Source: Desulfatiglandales bacterium
GTDB lineage: Bacteria > Desulfobacterota > DSM-4660 > Desulfatiglandales > Desulfatiglandaceae
Assembly (NCBI GenBank): GCA_963662465.1
Contig: OY759599.1
Location: forward strand, 3,072,001-3,136,000
Length of the DNA: 64,000 nt
Reading direction: 5' to 3'
A program made the translations under genes and the position numbers. Below the pieces are notes generated by a model. That model saw nothing but the letters and a program-made list of their open reading frames with translations, did no database searches and was not told where the DNA came from. Positions 60,501 through 64,000 of the stretch are shown here, in pieces (positions within the stretch are counted from its first letter, which is position 1; the number at the start of each line of letters is the position of its first letter).

Positions 60501-63116
60501 TTCATTATGGTAAACATAGGCCCCGCCGGATACGGCCGGGCAGGATGATTCGAGTACCGCCAGGGTCAGGGTCGGGCCACCGTAATCCGCCAGGGGCCCC
60601 AGGTCGCCGGCCGTATAGGCCCCGGTTTGGTTGGGCGCCAAGTCATTGCCTGAAATCTCTTTGTTTGCTTGTGCATACCAGGCGTAATAGGCGGTGGCGC
60701 TCGCGCTGCCCGCAAGATATAGGTCCCCACCTGAATTGGCCGTATTATTGACAACCATGCTGTTCAGGAGGTAGCAGGCGGCGGAGTAGGAATATATCCC
60801 CCCGCCGTCACGACCCGCCTCGTTGCCGCTGATAGTGGCGTTCGTCAGGGTCAAGGCGCCCTCCCTGATAGATACCCCCCCGCCAAAACCGGTCTGTGCC
60901 TTGTTGCCGCTGATGGTGCAGTTCGTCAGGGTCAGGGTGCCGGAGGAAGAATTTATCCCCCCGCCCCCACCATTAAACCCTGATTGGTTGCCGCTGATGG
61001 TGCAGTTCGTCAGGGTCAGGGTGCCGGAGGAAGAATTTATCCCCCCGCCCGAAGTAGCCTTCGCGCCGGACACGCTGACCGTATCCATATTCAGGGCGCC
61101 GCTCTCCAGTAAAATACCGCCGCCATTACCAACACCAACATTACCGCCCTTTACGGTCATATTGGAGAGGCTGATGGTCTTGCCGTCCGCGTCGATATTG
61201 AACACCCGCCACGCGCTCTGGCCCGGATCGGTCACCTGAACCGTCACCGGGGTTCCGCTTCCGGCCATGTTGGCGCCGTTAATGGTGAGACTTTTGTCAA
61301 TACTTAGTTCTGAGTCGATGACGATGGTCTCGTCTCCCTGGGGCAGGTTAAACGTGATCGTACCACCATCGGCCGCGCCGGAAATCGCATCGCGCAGGCT
61401 CCCCGGGCCGTAGTCATCAGTATGGGTTACCTCCGTGAAGCAGGAAAAAGCATAGGCCCCGATGGTGAGCATTTCCTGCCGGGCTGCTCCGCGCTGGTCC
61501 GTGGTGATTTTGTCGGACGGCTGTGCATTCGAGGGCGTACTCCAGTCGGACAGCTTGTGGGCCGTCGGCGGTTCATTCTTGTCATAGAAATAGTAGCCGT
61601 CTGTTTCATTGTAATAGACGTAAGCTCCGCCGGATACCGCCGGACAGGATGAATCCTGTACCGCCATGGTTTGGGTGGGGCCGCCGTTGTCCGCCAGGGA
61701 ACCCAGGTCGCCGGCCGTGTACGTGCCGGTTTGGTTGGGCGCCTCGTTACGCCCTGAAATCGTCCCGCTCCCGCTTGTTTCGGCATACCAGGTGTAATAG
61801 GCGGTGGCGCTCGCTATTTCGGAAAGATATAGGTCCCCGCCTGAATTGGCCGTATTATTGACAACCATGCTGTTCAGAAGGTAGCAATCGAAGTAGTCGG
61901 AATATATCCCCCCGCCGTCACCACCCGCCTCGTTGCCGCTGATGGTACAGTTCGTCAGGGTCAGGGCGCTGATGGAAGAATATATCCCCCCGCCGTCACC
62001 ACCCGCCTCGTTGCCGCTGATGGTACAGTTCGTCAGGGTCAGGGTGTTGGAGAAAAAACTTATCCCCCCGCCGTTACCACCCGCCTCGTTGCCACTGATG
62101 GTGCAGTTCATCAGAGTCAGGGTGCCGCAGTTGGAAGATATCCCCCCGCCAAGCGTACCCTTCGACCCGGATACCGTGACCGTATCCATATTCAGGACGC
62201 CGCTCTCCAGACAAATGCCGCCGCCACGCTCAACATTACCGCCCTTTACGGTCATGTTGGAGATGTCGACTGTCCCAACACCGGCGTTGATGTGGAAGAC
62301 CCGCCACGCGCTCTCGCCCGGATCTGTTACCTGCACCGTCACCGGGGTCCCGCTCCCGGCCGTGTTGGCGCCGTCGATGGTGAGGTGTCGGCCAGTGGTG
62401 AGTAGTTCTCCTGATGTGAGAATGATGGTCTCATCACCCTCGCCCAGCGCAAAGGTAATGGTGTCTAAATCGTTTGCATCAGTAATGGCCTGACGCAGGG
62501 TTCCCGCGCCCGAATCGGCGTTGCTAGTCACCTGTCTCTCGATCAAATCATACGCATACCCCTTGATTTCAAGGGGACGGGTCTCGATGGCGCCCCGCGC
62601 CACCTCCAGGTTCCAGTCGCCCCCGTTTCCGGTGAGGTTTTTGGAGGCCGCCACGTCCGCCCCGGTCAGGCGGCTGAGGGCGGTGATCAGGGCATTACCC
62701 GAGGGGCCGGCGCCGGCGCTGCAGGCATAGAGAAGGATGTCCCCACCCGGTTTCAGGGACCGGCCCCACGAGGCCGGTTCAGCCGTGCGGGCCTGCAACA
62801 CATGCGGGGTCACCCGCTCCCGGTTCAGGGTCAGACTGCCCGGGCCACCGTGGGAGATGATGTGGATGGCCGAAAGGTTCCGCTTTCCGGAGAGGGCCGA
62901 TGCAATCTGGGCCAGCGCATCCCCGCCGGGCGCCAGAAGCACCGTCTCCACATGATCCGGAAGTTGGGCCTGTATGGTTTGCGCATCCCGCACCGCCGGG
63001 TCGATGAAAACCACCTCACGGGGCGACAAGGCCCATGCGGTCCCCCCGGTCCACATACCCAGCAACAACGAAAAAACCACAACGGTCAAGAAACTGTAGA
63101 TTCGATCCCTATGCAT
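57561..63116 (-). CDS. Large secreted surface protein: DUF4347, four beta-helix/choice-of-anchor-Q-like modules, InlB-B-like repeat and C-terminal domain
   Basis: Signal peptide, IHIISHG..LLYAC..GDWNLE, repeated LTLTNCTISGN..GGGI rungs, four DQRG..IGA ends and YNGNGNTGGSAP..LYAQW. Confidence 0.88.
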   Translation of the reverse strand: MHRDRIYSFLTVVVFSLLLGMWTGGTAWALSPREVVFIDPAVRDAQTIQAQLPDHVETVLLAPGGDALAQIASALSGKRNLSAIHIISHGGPGSLTLNRERVTPHVLQARTAEPASWGRSLKPGGDILLYACSAGAGPSGNALITALSRLTGADVAASKNLTGNGGDWNLEVARGAIETRPLEIKGYAYDLIERQVTSNADSGAGTLRQAITDANDLDTITFALGEGDETIILTSGELLTTGRHLTIDGANTAGSGTPVTVQVTDPGESAWRVFHINAGVGTVDISNMTVKGGNVERGGGICLESGVLNMDTVTVSGSKGTLGGGISSNCGTLTLMNCTISGNEAGGNGGGISFFSNTLTLTNCTISGNEAGGDGGGIYSSISALTLTNCTISGNEAGGDGGGIYSDYFDCYLLNSMVVNNTANSGGDLYLSEIASATAYYTWYAETSGSGTISGRNEAPNQTGTYTAGDLGSLADNGGPTQTMAVQDSSCPAVSGGAYVYYNETDGYYFYDKNEPPTAHKLSDWSTPSNAQPSDKITTDQRGAARQEMLTIGAYAFSCFTEVTHTDDYGPGSLRDAISGAADGGTITFNLPQGDETIVIDSELSIDKSLTINGANMAGSGTPVTVQVTDPGQSAWRVFNIDADGKTISLSNMTVKGGNVGVGNGGGILLESGALNMDTVSVSGAKATSGGGINSSSGTLTLTNCTISGNQSGFNGGGGGINSSSGTLTLTNCTISGNKAQTGFGGGVSIREGALTLTNATISGNEAGRDGGGIYSYSAACYLLNSMVVNNTANSGGDLYLAGSASATAYYAWYAQANKEISGNDLAPNQTGAYTAGDLGPLADYGGPTLTLAVLESSCPAVSGGAYVYHNETDGYYFYDTENVARKLSDWSTPSNPKDADKITTDQRGTFREDGVTIGACAYFSSTVLTHHNDGPGSLRDAIDKAGDGDTITFNLPEGQETITSESELSISGKSLTIDGANTAGSGTSITVQVTEPGVSGWRVFDIDAAGETINISNMTVTGGDLTGIIREDGAGIRLQNGTLNMDTVTVSGSKSMRGGGIFSNGVLTLTNCTVSGNAADILGGGICCYSGTLTLTNSTISGNVASTMTKASGGGICSNGALALTNTTVSGNAAGEDGGGIYSGGASTTLTNSTISGNTTEDEGGGIYSNDTLTLTNTTVSGNAANWGGGIYSSANRHLLNSIVVNNTGGDLCLTPVSSSAAYYCWFLDTIGTISGEETAPNQTAAYAAGDLGPLADNGGPTQTLAVFNPSCPAISGGAYVYYNETDGYYFYDNENNAHKLSDWSTPSNPQPSDKITTDQRGLTRENSTPTIGAYEPSVWEVTSNLDLGAGTLRNAIATAKEGDTILLNMPGDTINIDSELLIDKGLRIDGTNLNTHNMVTVQVTDPGVSNFRVFQISDGTVVISNMTVKGGNLGNAYPTKKGGAILLESGTLHMDTVTVSGSKAGEGGGIFSDGALTLTNCTISGNEAFFNGGGIFSDGALTLTNCTISGNEAVNHGGGIAFSSGSGAACYLLNSIVVNNTANSGGDISLLGSATATAYYAWFAETSGMISGNALAPNQTDAYTAGDLGPLADYGGLTLTMAVLNPSCPAVSGGAYVYYNETDGYYFYDNENNAHKLSDWGTPSNAQPSDKITTDQRGLTRQESNPTIGACAFRIFTVAYNGNGNTGGSAPVDENRYEEGDEVTVLAPGSLVRTGYLFNCWNTAANGGGDAYGPGDTFNMPGAGVTLYAQWTAGPRRYVCSDGWCGGETPCHRTVKEAVEAAANGTVILIASSETTYDGSFTLNADNILVLQGGWDASFKNPDAGTTTLQGAPKAPKGSLTLQNLNIVP

Positions 63117-63357
63117 GTCCTTTCCTCCTCAGCAGAATGAGCGGTCCACAAATTCATCATCTGTTATATGCAATTCCGGCCAAACGACGATCGAGGCTCA
63201 TTTTGTTGGTCGTGGATTCGTGGGTCTCCGCGACGCCTCAGATCTGTCGCATAACACGACAAAACCATCTGTAAGTCTCGGCGGAGGCGGGCATCAGGCA
63301 GGCTGGCGTCTAGGATCCGTCAGGCTTTTCTTTAGATAATACTTAATTAGTAAAAGA

Positions 63358-63386
63358 ATGCTATTTTGCGTTTTCTGTTGTGTCAA
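63358..63386 (-). promoter_or_regulatory. sigma70 promoter of the surface-protein gene
   Basis: TTGACA-17bp-TAGCAT, about 240 nt upstream of the ATG. Confidence 0.55.
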
Positions 63387-63546
63387 GAAAAAAACGGCTC
63401 ATCGCGGATTCGCGTGATGTTTTGTTAAAAGAGCAGATTTCGTGGGTGGATTGGAAACGCAGGGATAGGAATCAATCTCACTTTTCTCCCCCTCTCCTTC
63501 CAAATAGTACGGAACTTACGGAAAGAAATGTGCTAAAAAGGAAGAC

Positions 63547-64000
63547 ATGAATGCTTCTTCTCGCAAAAAGTCAATCATCCTGATTCTCCTGGCGGGCATC
63601 GTCATGTTTTTCTGCTTTTATTCTCAAATTGAAAACTTTTTTGTGTTTCATCCGGAAACCCATCTTGACATGCTTCCGGATCAACTGGGTCTCTCCTATG
63701 ATTCCGTGGCCTTTGAAGCGGAGGACGGAACAAAACTCCATGGATGGTTTTTCCCGCTGCCCGGAAAACCCCCGGTGATCCTTTTCTGCCATGGCAATGC
63801 CGGCAATATCAGCCACCGTCTTGATAACATCCGGAAACTATTGGAATACGGCTTTCAAGTGTTTATTTACGACTACCGGGGATTTGGGAAAAGCCAGGGC
63901 CGACCTTCCAGGAAAGGGGTATATCTGGACGGATTGGCAGCCTATGACTGTCTTCGAAATCATCTAGGGATCCCGTCGGATCGCATTGTTCTGTTCGGCC
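63547..64000 (+). CDS. Alpha/beta hydrolase (partial, runs off the window)
   Basis: N-terminal TM helix, EDGTKLHGW, FCHGNAGN and YDYRGFGKS. Not in the supplied ORF track because no stop lies in the window. Confidence 0.88.
   Translation, partial: MNASSRKKSIILILLAGIVMFFCFYSQIENFFVFHPETHLDMLPDQLGLSYDSVAFEAEDGTKLHGWFFPLPGKPPVILFCHGNAGNISHRLDNIRKLLEYGFQVFIYDYRGFGKSQGRPSRKGVYLDGLAAYDCLRNHLGIPSDRIVLFG

Noticed and set aside
57561..63116. CRISPR-like spaced repeats
   Set aside because: The repeats are in-frame coding units of one ORF, and no cas genes are present.
34334..63116. Complete diversity-generating retroelement
   Set aside because: There is no RT, no template repeat, and only a deleted Avd-fold remnant far from the candidate target. 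I kept it only as a hypothesis.
63280..63340. c-di-GMP-I riboswitch
   Set aside because: Only a vague AAAGCC..CAGCC resemblance. The 5' stem with its GNRA loop is missing.
1..64000. tRNA, rRNA or prophage
   Set aside because: I saw no cloverleaf, rRNA-like or phage structural sequence by eye. A tRNAscan or Rfam run would be needed to exclude them fully.

Overview
This window looks like chromosomal DNA from an anaerobic Desulfobacterota-type (deltaproteobacterial) bacterium. That is inferred from gene content such as RACo/ASKHA, a multiheme cytochrome, sigma54 promoters and hybrid kinases. I found about 50 genes and no rRNA, tRNA, CRISPR array, intact integrase or reverse transcriptase. The left end carries rarA fused to a methyltransferase-like domain, a PAS-GGDEF protein, RACo, yjbQ and three toxin-antitoxin loci (BrnT, HipA followed by an HTH gene, Phd-VapC). 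Next is a block of six + strand genes, including GNAT-nitrilase and Nth-Xth fusions, bounded by perfect 15-bp inverted repeats. The middle holds a cation-chloride cotransporter, a damaged ISNCY-type element, an atypical kinase next to a USP, hybrid histidine kinases and a divergent sigma54 stress cluster. The right half has a CydA-like/octaheme fusion divergent from an RND pump, an AAA-nuclease, pgi and an 1851-aa modular beta-helix surface protein whose loops appear hypervariable. The intergenic DNA is dense with small non-autonomous elements: GTAG-REP/REPIN-like hairpins, nested MITE-like repeats, heptamer tracts and an exact 45-bp repeat 14.8 kb apart. There are also several gene remnants (four-helix bundle, RES toxin, KaiB, Fic-like C-terminus). 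All family calls come from motif recognition by eye, not from database searches.
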